Assembly (NCBI GenBank): GCA_019058445.1
Contig: JAHPZA010000003.1
Location: forward strand, 452,919-516,918
DNA from: Promethearchaeota archaeon
GTDB lineage: Archaea > Asgardarchaeota > Lokiarchaeia > Sigyniarchaeales > SOKP01
Direction: 5' to 3'
DNA: 64,000 nt
The notes under the pieces were generated by a model that saw only the letters and a program-made list of their open reading frames with translations, was not told the DNA's origin and made no database searches. Shown here in pieces: positions 9,566 through 19,952 of the stretch (position 1 is its first letter; each line of letters begins with the position of its first letter). Position numbers and translations under genes: made by a program.

Positions 9566-10387
9566 ATGTCTAATGAAATAAAGAATGTAAGTGTTATTGG
9601 TATAGGTTTCTTGGGTAGATTAATTACCGAAAGAACTGCGTTATATAACTATAATGTGCGCATATATGATATAAATTCTGAGGGTCTTGAAAAATTAGCG
9701 AGATCATTAACGAGAAAAAAGAAACGAAAGAATTTATATGGAGAGGTTTCATTTCATAATACCGTTTCGGAAGCAGTGGCTGATGCTGATTTAATTATTG
9801 AGGCTGTACCAGAAAAGTTAGAATTAAAAAAGGAAGTATTTTCACAGATTGACAGGGCTGCCCCGCCTCATGCTATCATTGCTACAAATAGCTCTTCAAT
9901 ACCTGTTTCAAGGATAGAGGACGCTGTTAAACGGAAAGATAAACTATTAAATATTCATTTTTATCATCCAACAACATCACCAATGGTAGATATCATGCGG
10001 GGATCAGAAACTAGTGAGGATACCTTCAAAAAGGGTAAAAATTGGATCGAATCTCTTGAGCTTACTCCATTAGAAGTGAAAAAAGAGTGCTTAGGATTTG
10101 TGTTCAATAGAATATGGAGAGCGATCAAAAAAGAATGTCTAAAGATTTGGGCGGGAGGTTATGCTGAAATTGAAACCGTTGATAAAGCGTGGAAAATCTT
10201 CACTGGTATGGGAGTAGGACCATTTAGCCTTATGGATATGGTAGGTCTAGATGTTGTTTATGATATAGAAATGTCATACTTTAACGAAAGTGGAGATCCT
10301 AAAGATAAACCACCTCAAACTCTTAAAGATAAAGTAGATAGAGGAGAACTCGGAAGAAAATCCGGGAAAGGTTTTTATGAATATTAA
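9566..10387 (+). CDS. 3-hydroxyacyl-CoA dehydrogenase
   Basis: GIGFLG, IEAVPE, TNSSS, HF, GFVFNR and GPFSLMDMVGLD motifs, GRKSGKGFY. ATG at 9566 preferred to GTG at 9554. Confidence 0.92.
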   Translation: MSNEIKNVSVIGIGFLGRLITERTALYNYNVRIYDINSEGLEKLARSLTRKKKRKNLYGEVSFHNTVSEAVADADLIIEAVPEKLELKKEVFSQIDRAAPPHAIIATNSSSIPVSRIEDAVKRKDKLLNIHFYHPTTSPMVDIMRGSETSEDTFKKGKNWIESLELTPLEVKKECLGFVFNRIWRAIKKECLKIWAGGYAEIETVDKAWKIFTGMGVGPFSLMDMVGLDVVYDIEMSYFNESGDPKDKPPQTLKDKVDRGELGRKSGKGFYEY

Positions 10388-10443
10388 TTTTAATGTTGCT
10401 ATAAGAAAGTTCATTAATTTAAAGAATAAATAAAAAAATAAAA

Positions 10444-12240
10444 TTAAATTGGTGCTACTATATTCCTTAATTCACCATATTTTCCTTCCTTTATATTTTG
10501 ATGTAATTCTTCTGTTAGGGGTACATATTTTTTAGCGCTTGAATCCCAGAAATGAATTGGATCTTTAACAATGTTGAGATTATATATTTCTTTACGGAGA
10601 TTAGTTTTTACTATTTTAAAACTACTCGTAGTTGTTTCGAGTTCCTCCATTATACGCATAAAGATAGGAATTGAATAGCTAGGTAAAGAACTTAAAACAA
10701 ATTGAGAGAGTTCATCTATATCGAATTTAATCGAAGAATCCAATGTAAAAGCTGCCATACCGGCTTTTCCCTCGGTATTGGGAATGGCTACACCATACAC
10801 TGCACTATATTGAATCGCAGGAAAAGAATTTAAAATAGCTTCTACTTCTAAGGTAGATACGTTTTCTCCCTTCCATCGGAACGTATCGCCAAATCGGTCA
10901 ACAAAAGACACCCACCGGTCCTTGTGGACCTTTAACATATCACCTGTGTGGAAAAAAGTGTCGTTCTTTCGAAATACATTATGAATTATTTTCTTTTCAG
11001 TTTTTTCCTTATCTTTATAGCCCGTAAAAACCCCTCTTTCCTCGACTTTTATTAAACCCATCCCAATATCACCTGCTTTGCACTTTATACAATATCCTTT
11101 CTCGTTTTTATAAAATTCACCTGTATCGGGGTCGACTTTTGCGATAGAAAATCCGGCCATATTATCCCTTCCGACCATTCCCGGCACTCCATCGGCGTTG
11201 AAAAGTGGCCGATGACCTTCAGTTGAACCATAAAATTCGTAGATATTAGGAACTTGGAAGCGAGCTTGAAATTCTTCCCATATTTCTTTACGTAATCCTA
11301 AACCTAACATTTTTTTGAGTGTGTGGTTCTTATCATTTTCCGAAGGGGGTTGGTTAAGAAGATAACGAGGAATTTCACCGACATACATGAAATATGTCGC
11401 TTGAAATTTCCGGATATCATCCCAAAATTTGGTAGCAGAAAACCTCTTACTCAAGGCTATTTTTGCCCCCAGAAGATTTGCTTTCATCCAAGAGCATCCG
11501 ATTCCAACATTATGATATAAGGGAGTTGGGATATAAATGATTTCATCAGGACCCAAATCAGCAATAGCACATAAAATAGAAGCTTGAGTATATAATCGAA
11601 AGTTTTGCATGATTACAGCCTTAGGAAGTCCAGTAGTCCCCGATGTATAGATATAAAGTGCAGTTTCTCGTAATACAGAATCAAAAGTTGTTTTAGGATT
11701 TGCTGAAGATATTGATTTTAACTCGTCTGACAAGTCTGTGTACTCGTGCTTAATATTTTTAGGATTGTTTATTACAAAAATCTGATCCGGGTTATAGGAA
11801 AGATCATCAACAACGTCATTAAAGTATGGTATGCACGTTCCATCAAGAACTATCCATTTTGCTTCAGCTACATTGAAGGAATGCGTTAGAGCCTGCTTTC
11901 TCTGGTTAAAATTAATTAAAGCACTAATGCCCTGAATTTTATTTATACCCGCTACAAAAAAGAAATATTCTGGACAATTTTCCAGCATCAGAGCAACCGT
12001 ATCACCCCGCTGTAATCCTAAATCATAAAAATAATGAGCGACTCGATTACTTTCTTCGTTGAATGCCTGCCAAGTCCATGATAAATCTTCATAAAATAAT
12101 GCTTTTTCTTTCGGTTTTTCCCTTGCGTTCTTTTCAATTCTAGTGCCAATACTTTGATTTTCATTTGCCATTATATCATTCATTACACCTCGGAATTTAT
12201 CCCAGACTGCTGCTTCTTTAGGAGTCATTTTTGGAGACAT
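10444..12240 (-). CDS. FATP/FadD6-type long-chain acyl-CoA synthetase
   Basis: YIYTSGTTGLPKA AMP-binding motif, FYGSTEG, and the FATP signature DRFGDTFRWKGENVST. Confidence 0.93.
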   Translation of the reverse strand: MSPKMTPKEAAVWDKFRGVMNDIMANENQSIGTRIEKNAREKPKEKALFYEDLSWTWQAFNEESNRVAHYFYDLGLQRGDTVALMLENCPEYFFFVAGINKIQGISALINFNQRKQALTHSFNVAEAKWIVLDGTCIPYFNDVVDDLSYNPDQIFVINNPKNIKHEYTDLSDELKSISSANPKTTFDSVLRETALYIYTSGTTGLPKAVIMQNFRLYTQASILCAIADLGPDEIIYIPTPLYHNVGIGCSWMKANLLGAKIALSKRFSATKFWDDIRKFQATYFMYVGEIPRYLLNQPPSENDKNHTLKKMLGLGLRKEIWEEFQARFQVPNIYEFYGSTEGHRPLFNADGVPGMVGRDNMAGFSIAKVDPDTGEFYKNEKGYCIKCKAGDIGMGLIKVEERGVFTGYKDKEKTEKKIIHNVFRKNDTFFHTGDMLKVHKDRWVSFVDRFGDTFRWKGENVSTLEVEAILNSFPAIQYSAVYGVAIPNTEGKAGMAAFTLDSSIKFDIDELSQFVLSSLPSYSIPIFMRIMEELETTTSSFKIVKTNLRKEIYNLNIVKDPIHFWDSSAKKYVPLTEELHQNIKEGKYGELRNIVAPI

Positions 12241-12385
12241 AAGTTTACCTCAATTTATTTAATGAAAATTTATTAGATTATATCATTTTGAATTAAATTT
12301 GATATACGATAAGGTGATATTTATTTCTTTTTCTCTCATAAATTGAGAAAATAAACAAATGGTTTTAATTTCGTTAATAAAATTA

Positions 12386-13324
12386 TCAGATCAGAAGAAT
12401 AATTAAAATCCATACCATTGCAAAACTAATTATGATCGTTAAATTAGCAATCATACTAACTAGCTTCTGATCATATTCAAATTCTATGGAAAATGGAATT
12501 ACAGCTAACCCAATAGGAAAAATCAGTGAAATAGTTAAGATAATTCGAAAAAGTAAGTTGAACTGATCAGAAGGAAGGAAAAAAAACAATAGTAAACCAA
12601 CAAGTAAACCCAAGGAATAACGAATTATAAGAACTTTTATAATTGTTGCCCATTCTGTTCTTTCAAATTTAAAGTTCAAATAAATACCTAATAAAAGTAA
12701 AGATAATGCGGTATTAGCTCTTGCGATAATATCCAACAAATCCCAGAAAAACATTGGGATATTAGGTCCAATTTCTGAAAAGTTTATGAAGAGGGCAAGG
12801 ATATAGCTCATTAAAGGAGTAGATTTTAACAAACGTTTCCCTATATCTTTAAAATCTATACCTAAATCTTCAGTATTATTATTAGGTGAGAAGATGGAAC
12901 CAATAATATAACAGAGTACGAAGATTGTAAATGCATTCCCGGCATCAATGAGTGCAATATATTGCATACCCTCATCTCCCCAAATCCCTTCAATTAAGGG
13001 GAAAGAAAAATGAGCTACATTAAACCCTATTAATGACATTAGTATGAGTCCTTTTTTATCCCTTTGATATCTTCTAAATAGAATTAATCCAATCATAGCC
13101 ATAAAAAAACCAAAAATTATAGTAACCAAAGGCAATAAGATTAGAGTTAAATTAAACTCAATTTTGCTTGTTACCTTAAGAATAACTGCTGGCAGAGTAA
13201 TATTAAATATAACTTTGGCGACTACCTTCCCATTTTCCTCTGTTAAGATTTTTAATTTCTTAACTACGTACCCTATAATTATTATAATTAATGATAAAAA
13301 GAAAATGTAATTTACATCTGCCAT
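12386..13324 (-). CDS. AEC (auxin efflux carrier/malate permease) family transporter
   Basis: About 10 TM in two repeats; NITLPA, FSFPLIEGIWG and LLLLG motifs. Confidence 0.85.
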   Translation of the reverse strand: MADVNYIFFLSLIIIIIGYVVKKLKILTEENGKVVAKVIFNITLPAVILKVTSKIEFNLTLILLPLVTIIFGFFMAMIGLILFRRYQRDKKGLILMSLIGFNVAHFSFPLIEGIWGDEGMQYIALIDAGNAFTIFVLCYIIGSIFSPNNNTEDLGIDFKDIGKRLLKSTPLMSYILALFINFSEIGPNIPMFFWDLLDIIARANTALSLLLLGIYLNFKFERTEWATIIKVLIIRYSLGLLVGLLLFFFLPSDQFNLLFRIILTISLIFPIGLAVIPFSIEFEYDQKLVSMIANLTIIISFAMVWILIILLI

Positions 13325-13483
13325 TTTTTCAATTTTTTCCTCATTTTCAATCTTAAAATAAAATATTATAAGTAATTTATAGAAAAATTAATCCATTTCT
13401 ATTTTAACATAAAGTATAAATAAATTTATCTCTAAATTCCAATTAAACCATTTTAATTTTGAAGTTTTAGAGGTTAATAAGAA

Positions 13484-14398
13484 TTGAAACCAAATCTTCT
13501 TTCAGATGAGAAAGTAATTATTACTGCTGCTATAACTGGTGGCATTCAAGGTAAATGGGCAAATCCTGCTGTACCAATCACTGCTGAAGAGCAAGCTCAA
13601 GATGCCTTAGAATGTTATAATGCTGGGGCTAGCATTTGCCACCTTCATGTTCGTGGAGAGGATGGTCAAAATACTCCTGATTTAAAAGTGTATAATAAAG
13701 CTGTCACTCTAATCAAGGAAAAATGTCCCATTATAACACAAATAGGAAATGGTATAGGAGCCTGGGTTGAGTGGGGTACAAAAGTGAGTAGTAAAGGTAA
13801 AAAATATGGCACATCAATCCGAATGGCTACCTTGGAAGAGAGATTAAATCTTCTCAATATCGAGCCAGTACCAGACATGTATACGATAAACGCCGGAACT
13901 TTTGAATTCCGAACACGTTATGGAAGCCATCTTTTTGATAATCCTATGGATTTCAATAGAAAGTTTGTGAATAAATGCTACAAGCGAGGTTGTGGGATTG
14001 AAATTGAAGTATATGACTCAGGTCATATTAATAATATTTTTGATCTTGTAGATGTAAGCTCACTAAAGCCTCCCCTCCATTTTAGCCTTGTGTTAGGAAT
14101 CAATGGGGGAGCTCCTGCTACAGTAAGTAATTTGACTCACTTAGTTGACCAGATTCCTGAAGGTTCTATGTGGCAAGTCGTCACTGTGGGCAGATATAAT
14201 CTTACTCTTACCACTATTGCCATGTGTATGGGCGGGAATATTAGAACGGGTTTAGAAGACACACTTCACTATAGAAAAGGTAAGCTCGTTCAAAGTAATG
14301 CTCAACTTGTCGCTCGCATGGTGAGACTAGCTAAAGAACTTGGAAGAGAGCCTGCTACCGTAGATGAAGCAAAAGAAATGCTAGGATTAAAATCATAA
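13484..14398 (+). CDS. Beta-keto acid cleavage enzyme (BKACE/Kce, DUF849)
   Basis: IITAAITG, HLHVR (Zn ligands), EIEVYD, GGNIRTGLED and SNAQLV motifs. Confidence 0.93.
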   Translation: MKPNLLSDEKVIITAAITGGIQGKWANPAVPITAEEQAQDALECYNAGASICHLHVRGEDGQNTPDLKVYNKAVTLIKEKCPIITQIGNGIGAWVEWGTKVSSKGKKYGTSIRMATLEERLNLLNIEPVPDMYTINAGTFEFRTRYGSHLFDNPMDFNRKFVNKCYKRGCGIEIEVYDSGHINNIFDLVDVSSLKPPLHFSLVLGINGGAPATVSNLTHLVDQIPEGSMWQVVTVGRYNLTLTTIAMCMGGNIRTGLEDTLHYRKGKLVQSNAQLVARMVRLAKELGREPATVDEAKEMLGLKS

Positions 14399-14496
14399 AA
14401 GAAATTTTCACTGTGTAATTTTACTTGGTAATATCTTTTTTTTATTCACTTTAGATATTAAATATAAAAAAAATAAAAATAGAAAAAATTTTCAAA

Positions 14497-15588
14497 TTAC
14501 TCCGATTCTTTGCCAAATAAAGCTTTTACATCTTTTTCACATAGGAAGAACGCAATAGCAACTGGAAAACCAAATAAGAAAAAGGCACAGGAAGCAGCAA
14601 TAGCAAGATACCTGCAGAAATTAATCTTAAATAGCAGTCCTATTGAACCAATTAGCAACATTAACGCAATTGGACCTGCAATGAGTGCAATAATCGTCAA
14701 TGATGTGGAAATTTCAGAGGCACTCTGTTGACTATTTTTTGCTCTTTGTTGGCCTAGATAATCTGCATTGGTTATAACATAATATGCATAAAAGAGAAAA
14801 GTTAATGCTACTGCTATAGAAATAATCGATACGATATATAAAAGAGTCTCTCTTTTAATTTTAGGCATATCTGGAGTTGTTCTGGGATTATCTTGCACAT
14901 CACGGGCAGCATACATGAGCAAAAAGAGTGGGATTAAAACGTAAACTGTACCATGAACCATTACTCCGAATTCGCGTTCACCACCATATACAGCCGTTGA
15001 AACTACAAGCATTAAAAAGACTGAAAGAGCTGTAAATACTAAAAAAAATTTAAACGTTTCTTTATAGCCCTTTCTAAAATAATACATCGAAAGTAATATT
15101 GAAGCAACGACGATCATCGCTCCTAAGATCATTAAAGGATCTATGACGTGATATGCATAACCACCCCATGCGAGCATTTCATCATGTGTGAGGTCTATTC
15201 CATACCAAATATGCATTTGTTTTTCAAAATGATAAAACTGATCAATAAAAAAATGAGAAATACCACCTGCTACCGAAACAAGATAAGCATTCTTCCAGTT
15301 GACCTCTCTAATTTCCTCATCTACAAACTTTAATGGAAAAAGACCATTAGATTCCACTAATGTAAAGCGAGAGCTATATGAATAAACCAATGAAAAAGGA
15401 ATAGCAAGTATGGCATATCCGAGAATATTATGAAAGTATGGAATAGAGAAATAATGCAGTATGTCTGGACCGAATATATTGTTTGCTAGAAAAATAAAAG
15501 CGATTTTATAGCTGAATTTATCCTTGGTGTAATAAAGAATCGGGATAATTAGACATAATCCATAAAAAACGTGTCCGAAGGTTGGCAT
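14497..15588 (-). CDS. Membrane-embedded metal-dependent hydrolase (YdjM-like N-terminus) with extra TM region
   Basis: MPTFGH, GPD, HNILG and SHFFID (H..D..H..HxxxD pattern); many TM segments. Confidence 0.7.
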   Translation of the reverse strand: MPTFGHVFYGLCLIIPILYYTKDKFSYKIAFIFLANNIFGPDILHYFSIPYFHNILGYAILAIPFSLVYSYSSRFTLVESNGLFPLKFVDEEIREVNWKNAYLVSVAGGISHFFIDQFYHFEKQMHIWYGIDLTHDEMLAWGGYAYHVIDPLMILGAMIVVASILLSMYYFRKGYKETFKFFLVFTALSVFLMLVVSTAVYGGEREFGVMVHGTVYVLIPLFLLMYAARDVQDNPRTTPDMPKIKRETLLYIVSIISIAVALTFLFYAYYVITNADYLGQQRAKNSQQSASEISTSLTIIALIAGPIALMLLIGSIGLLFKINFCRYLAIAASCAFFLFGFPVAIAFFLCEKDVKALFGKESE

Positions 15589-15643
15589 TTTTATATGATT
15601 TGTTTTTAATTTAGAAATAAAAAATTTATCAATATATATAGAA

Positions 15644-15676
15644 ATTCTCTTTTGGATTATATATAGTATATAGATT
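15644..15676 (-). promoter_or_regulatory. Conserved promoter block of the 14497-15588 gene
   Basis: 33-nt block, 31/33 identical to 16907-16939, containing a TATATA core, starting 56 nt upstream of the ATG. Confidence 0.7.
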
Positions 15677-15715
15677 TTATCAGATTGCTTAACTCTATTA
15701 TTTTACAAAAATGAG

Positions 15716-15731
15716 AAAAAAAAAAAAAAAA
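15716..15731 (-). terminator. Poly-U terminator (16-nt A run on +)
   Basis: A16 tract just downstream of the 15750 stop on the minus strand. Confidence 0.6.
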
Positions 15732-15749
15732 GAAAATAAAAATTTGAGA

Positions 15750-16853
15750 TTAAGCTTCTGATTCCTTATTAAACATAGCTTTTACGTCATTTTCGCATAA
15801 GAATAAACTGATGGCGAATGGAAATGCAAAGATTAAGAAATACATACAAATGGCAATTACAATGTAGCGGCAAATATTACTTTTAAAGAAAAGTCCAATT
15901 GAAGCAATTAGTAAAATAATTGCGAAGGTCAAATATATATACCCGATTATTGTTACTGTAATGGTCATTTCAGCGACGCTCCCTCCAAACATTTCAATAA
16001 TAAGTTCAGCAAGATACCCAGCATATGTTATTGCAAAATAAGCATATAAAGCCATAAAGAGTGCAAATAAAATAGAAATTATTGCGACGATCTTCAAAAG
16101 CGTATCCCTGTTTATTTTCGGCACATCTGGTGTTGTAATAGGATTATCTTTTACATCCCGGGCTGCATACATGAGTAAAAATAGTGGTATCAGCACATAA
16201 ACAAAACAATGCACTATCGCCCCGAATTCACGTTCAGCCCAAAATATACTTGTAGACACAAAAACCATCAAACTAACTGTAATAACGGTAGAGATTAAAA
16301 GCAACTCGAAGGATTCCTTATGGCCTTTCATGAAAGTATAGAGAGAGAGCACGATAAAGCTAATTATTGCAATATCGCCTATTATTATTAAAGGAGTGAT
16401 GTAGTGGTAGGCAGATCCCCCCCATGCAAGCATCTCGTCATGAGTAATACTGATTCCTTCCCAAATCATCATTTCTTTTTCCCAATGATAAAACTGGTCT
16501 ATAAAGAAATGTGAAATCCCTCCAGCAGCTGTAATACAGTATGCATTTTTGTAATTTACTTCACTAATTCCATCATCTACAAATTTTAATGGTAAGATCC
16601 CGTCAGATTTTTTTAAAGAAAACCTAGAGAAATATGAGTAGAACACTGCGAGTGGAAGTGCCATTATAAGAAATCCCAAAATACTATGAGTCGGTATTAT
16701 AAAGAAAAGTCCTACTAGATCAGGACCGTATATATTGTTCGCGAGAAAGATAAAAGCGACCTTGTAATTAAACGGCTTTTCATCGGTCTTTGTATAATAA
16801 AGGATCGGAATCAGAAGTGCTAAACCATAGCAAATATGTCCGAAAGTTGGCAT
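15750..16853 (-). CDS. Membrane-embedded metal-dependent hydrolase, tandem paralogue of 14497-15588
   Basis: MPTFGH, GPD, THSILG and SHFFID motifs; colinear similarity over the full length. Confidence 0.7.
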   Translation of the reverse strand: MPTFGHICYGLALLIPILYYTKTDEKPFNYKVAFIFLANNIYGPDLVGLFFIIPTHSILGFLIMALPLAVFYSYFSRFSLKKSDGILPLKFVDDGISEVNYKNAYCITAAGGISHFFIDQFYHWEKEMMIWEGISITHDEMLAWGGSAYHYITPLIIIGDIAIISFIVLSLYTFMKGHKESFELLLISTVITVSLMVFVSTSIFWAEREFGAIVHCFVYVLIPLFLLMYAARDVKDNPITTPDVPKINRDTLLKIVAIISILFALFMALYAYFAITYAGYLAELIIEMFGGSVAEMTITVTIIGYIYLTFAIILLIASIGLFFKSNICRYIVIAICMYFLIFAFPFAISLFLCENDVKAMFNKESEA

Positions 16854-16906
16854 TTTTATACCTTTTATTTTGAAATTTAAATTTTTAAAATTTTTTTTAT
16901 ATTAAT

Positions 16907-16939
16907 ATTCTCTTTTGAATTATATATAGTATATCGATT
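16907..16939 (-). promoter_or_regulatory. Conserved promoter block of the 15750-16853 gene
   Basis: 31/33 identical to 15644-15676, starting 54 nt upstream of the ATG. Confidence 0.7.
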
Positions 16940-17192
16940 GATTTACTCCAATATTTAACAAAAAAGGAAAAAAATGTTGGTTTTCACTAAAATAAAAATT
17001 TTGGCTTATTCTTTGTCCTTTACTAACCAATATACTAATTAATTTCAATAAAAGTATTTAACCTTAATTTTTCCATTTTTATGAACAACCCCAATATGAA
17101 ATAGTTATAAGATTTTAATTAGCAGTAATATTAATGATCATATTAAACTCTAATTTAATTTAAAAAAACTAAATCAAAAAGGATGAAAAAAA

Positions 17193-18362
17193 ATGGTTGA
17201 AATTAAAAACTTAGTGGTTGTTGGAGCTGGTCAGATGGGCACTGGTATAGGTCAAGTGGCATTAATGGCAGGTTTTAATATTACCATGGTTGATATCAAG
17301 GATGAGTATGTTGATAAAAGTTATGCAAATATAGATGAAGGGATGAAAAAACTTGAAGCAAAAGGAAAATTTAGTGAAGGAAAAACCGCTGCTGGTTATA
17401 TGGCGAATTGTAAAAAATCGATAGATATGGCCTCTGCGGTGAAAGATGCGGATATCATTATTGAAGCTGTTATTGAGGACATGAATATTAAAAAGCAAGT
17501 GTTTAAAACATGTGATGAAAATGCTCCTGCTCATTGTATCATTGCCTCAAATACTTCTACTATGTCAATTTCAGAAATGGCGACTGCCACCAATAGACCA
17601 GATAAAGTAATTGGTATGCACTTCTTTAATCCGGTTCCTTTAATGCGTTGTATTGAAGTAATCTATGGCGATAAAAGTTCTGATGAAAACATCGATGCTG
17701 CAATAGGTTTTGCTGGAAAATTGCCTTGTCTTAGGGGTGACAGATATATTGCGAAAGTATTAAAGGACAGACCTGGATTTATTGTAAACCGTATTACAGC
17801 CCCTGTTCAGATTTATCAGAATTATATTTTCGACAAAGCTGAAGCAGAAGGAAAAACTTGGGAACAACTTGACAATGATTCGGGTGGTCCAATGCCTACT
17901 TGTGTACTTGCAGATTATGTGGGTATTGATACGATATATCACGGTCTCAAATATTATGAAAAAACATTGTCCCCAGATTTTGCCCCTGGAAAAATAATAG
18001 CCAGAATGTTTAATGAGGGCAAATTAGGTGCAAAAACAGGACAAGGATTTTATGATTGGTCTAAAGGACGCCCAAAGCCAGATAAGAAAGCTGGTAAAGC
18101 TCGATTATTTAAACTTAAATATCCAATAGCAATTATGCTAAATGAAGGATGTCGAGTTTTAGAAGAGGGAATTGCTACCAGCTGGAAAGTTTGTGACGAT
18201 GCTTTAATGGCGGGGATGAACATGCCTGGCCCAATGGCTCCTAACGTGAACAATTCAGCGAAACAAGTTGAAGTGTTAAACGAACTTGTAGAATTGACTG
18301 GTAAAAAATACTTTGAACCATGTGAACTCTTAAAGTCTGCCAAATGGGTAGACATGAAATGA
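17193..18362 (+). CDS. 3-hydroxyacyl-CoA dehydrogenase with duplicated C-terminal domain
   Basis: GAGQMG, IEAVIE, SNTS, GMHFFNP, PGFIVNR and GAKTGQGFY motifs; second C-domain (LNEGCRVLEEG). Confidence 0.93.
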   Translation: MVEIKNLVVVGAGQMGTGIGQVALMAGFNITMVDIKDEYVDKSYANIDEGMKKLEAKGKFSEGKTAAGYMANCKKSIDMASAVKDADIIIEAVIEDMNIKKQVFKTCDENAPAHCIIASNTSTMSISEMATATNRPDKVIGMHFFNPVPLMRCIEVIYGDKSSDENIDAAIGFAGKLPCLRGDRYIAKVLKDRPGFIVNRITAPVQIYQNYIFDKAEAEGKTWEQLDNDSGGPMPTCVLADYVGIDTIYHGLKYYEKTLSPDFAPGKIIARMFNEGKLGAKTGQGFYDWSKGRPKPDKKAGKARLFKLKYPIAIMLNEGCRVLEEGIATSWKVCDDALMAGMNMPGPMAPNVNNSAKQVEVLNELVELTGKKYFEPCELLKSAKWVDMK

Positions 18363-18561
18363 GTTACACAAACCCATATTTTTTTTTATATTTTTAATTT
18401 TAAAAAATTCAAAACTACTTTTTAGAGATTAAAGGACTAATTTTCTCAATAATTTAGGTTGTCACAGCCTTATCATTTAAGTTTTTCAATAAGTTCTGGA
18501 ATTTTTGAAGAATCAGAGAATAAGATAACAAATTTATTTTAAAAATTCTTTACAAATTATG

Positions 18562-18590
18562 AATAACTATTAATTTAGAGCTTAATGCTC
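18562..18590 (+). promoter_or_regulatory. Shared promoter/operator motif, copy 1
   Basis: AATAAcTATTAATTTAGAGCttaatGCTC; the first 20 nt match 19876-19895 at 19/20; begins 73 nt before ATG 18635. Confidence 0.6.
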
Positions 18591-18634
18591 TTACTCTTTT
18601 TAAATATAAACTAGAACAAAAAGGATGAAAAAAA

Positions 18635-19810
18635 ATGGTTGAGATTAAAAAAATTGCGTGTTTAGGAGTAGGTTTAATGGGACAAGGTATAGCTCAAGTC
18701 TCATTAATGGCAGGTTATGATGTCGTTTTAGTAGATATTAAGGATGAGTTCGTTGACAATGCCTATGAAGGTATTAATGCGGGTATAAAAAAAGTCGAAT
18801 CGAAAGGTGGCTTAGGAGAGGGAGTTACTTCGGCAGATATCATGACAAAATGCTCAAAATCGATTGATTTAGCTTCTGCAGTGAAAGAAGTTGATATGAT
18901 TATTGAGGCAGTCATTGAGAAAATGGAGGTAAAGAAAGCAGTATGTAAAACGACTATGGATAATGGCCCTGATCATATAATTTTTGCATCAAATACTTCT
19001 ACAATGAGTATTACCGAGATTGGAAAAGATTCTGGAAAACCCGCTCAAGTTTGTGGTATTCACTTCTTTAACCCCGTACCCTTAATGCGCTGTATTGAAG
19101 TAATTAAGGGTGCTAGTACCTCCGATGAGACATTTAACACAGCTATTGAAGTTGCTGGAAGACTCCCTTGTTTGAGAGGTAAAAGATATATTGCTCCTGT
19201 ACTAAAAGATCGCCCTGGTTTCATAGTAAATCGTATGAACGCTCCAGTTCAGATTTACATGAATTATATCTTCGATAAGGCTGCTGAGCAAGGTATTCCA
19301 TGGGAGCAAATCGACGCAGACGCAGGTGACCTTATGCCAATGGGTCCTACTGAATTGGCGGATTACGTTGGGTTAGATACAATGTTTCATGTTGGGAATT
19401 ACTATGCTGAAACGCTTTCTCCTGACTTCAAACCGGGAAAAGTGCTAATTAAAATGGTAGATGAATGTAATTTAGGTAGAAAAACCGGAAAAGGTTTTCA
19501 TGATTGGTCCCAAGGACGACCAAAAATTGATAAATCGAAAAAAGCGGGAATATTCAACTTAGAAAATACAATGGCTATTTTATTAAATGAAGGTTGTAGA
19601 ATTTTGGAGGAAGGTGTTGCTTCAGGTTTCAAAATCATTGATGATGCCAATATGGCTGGTATGAACACACCAGGTCCATTTGGGGCAGGGAAAAAAAATT
19701 ATGCCCAATGGGCAGAGTTGCTTGAAAAACTTGCAGATGAAACTGGGAAAGATTACTTACGACCCTGTGAACTGATGAAGTCTGGTGGCTTTACGAAAAT
19801 GCGAAAATAA
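18635..19810 (+). CDS. 3-hydroxyacyl-CoA dehydrogenase, tandem paralogue of 17193-18362
   Basis: GVGLMG, SNTS, HFFNP, PGFIVNR and GRKTGKGF motifs; same RBS context (caaaaaggatgaaaaaaaATG). Confidence 0.93.
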   Translation: MVEIKKIACLGVGLMGQGIAQVSLMAGYDVVLVDIKDEFVDNAYEGINAGIKKVESKGGLGEGVTSADIMTKCSKSIDLASAVKEVDMIIEAVIEKMEVKKAVCKTTMDNGPDHIIFASNTSTMSITEIGKDSGKPAQVCGIHFFNPVPLMRCIEVIKGASTSDETFNTAIEVAGRLPCLRGKRYIAPVLKDRPGFIVNRMNAPVQIYMNYIFDKAAEQGIPWEQIDADAGDLMPMGPTELADYVGLDTMFHVGNYYAETLSPDFKPGKVLIKMVDECNLGRKTGKGFHDWSQGRPKIDKSKKAGIFNLENTMAILLNEGCRILEEGVASGFKIIDDANMAGMNTPGPFGAGKKNYAQWAELLEKLADETGKDYLRPCELMKSGGFTKMRK

Positions 19811-19875
19811 GAGTATATAATTTAAACCAGTAATTTTTCTTTTTTTTTATAAAATTTTTTTGAATATACTTTATT

Positions 19876-19905
19876 AATAAATATTAATTTAGAGCAATAA
19901 TGATC
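19876..19905 (+). promoter_or_regulatory. Shared promoter/operator motif, copy 2
   Basis: AATAAaTATTAATTTAGAGCaataatGATC; begins 77 nt before ATG 19953. Confidence 0.6.
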
Positions 19906-19952
19906 AAAATTTTGCTTTGATCAGATTAAAAATCAACACTATATGATTAAAA

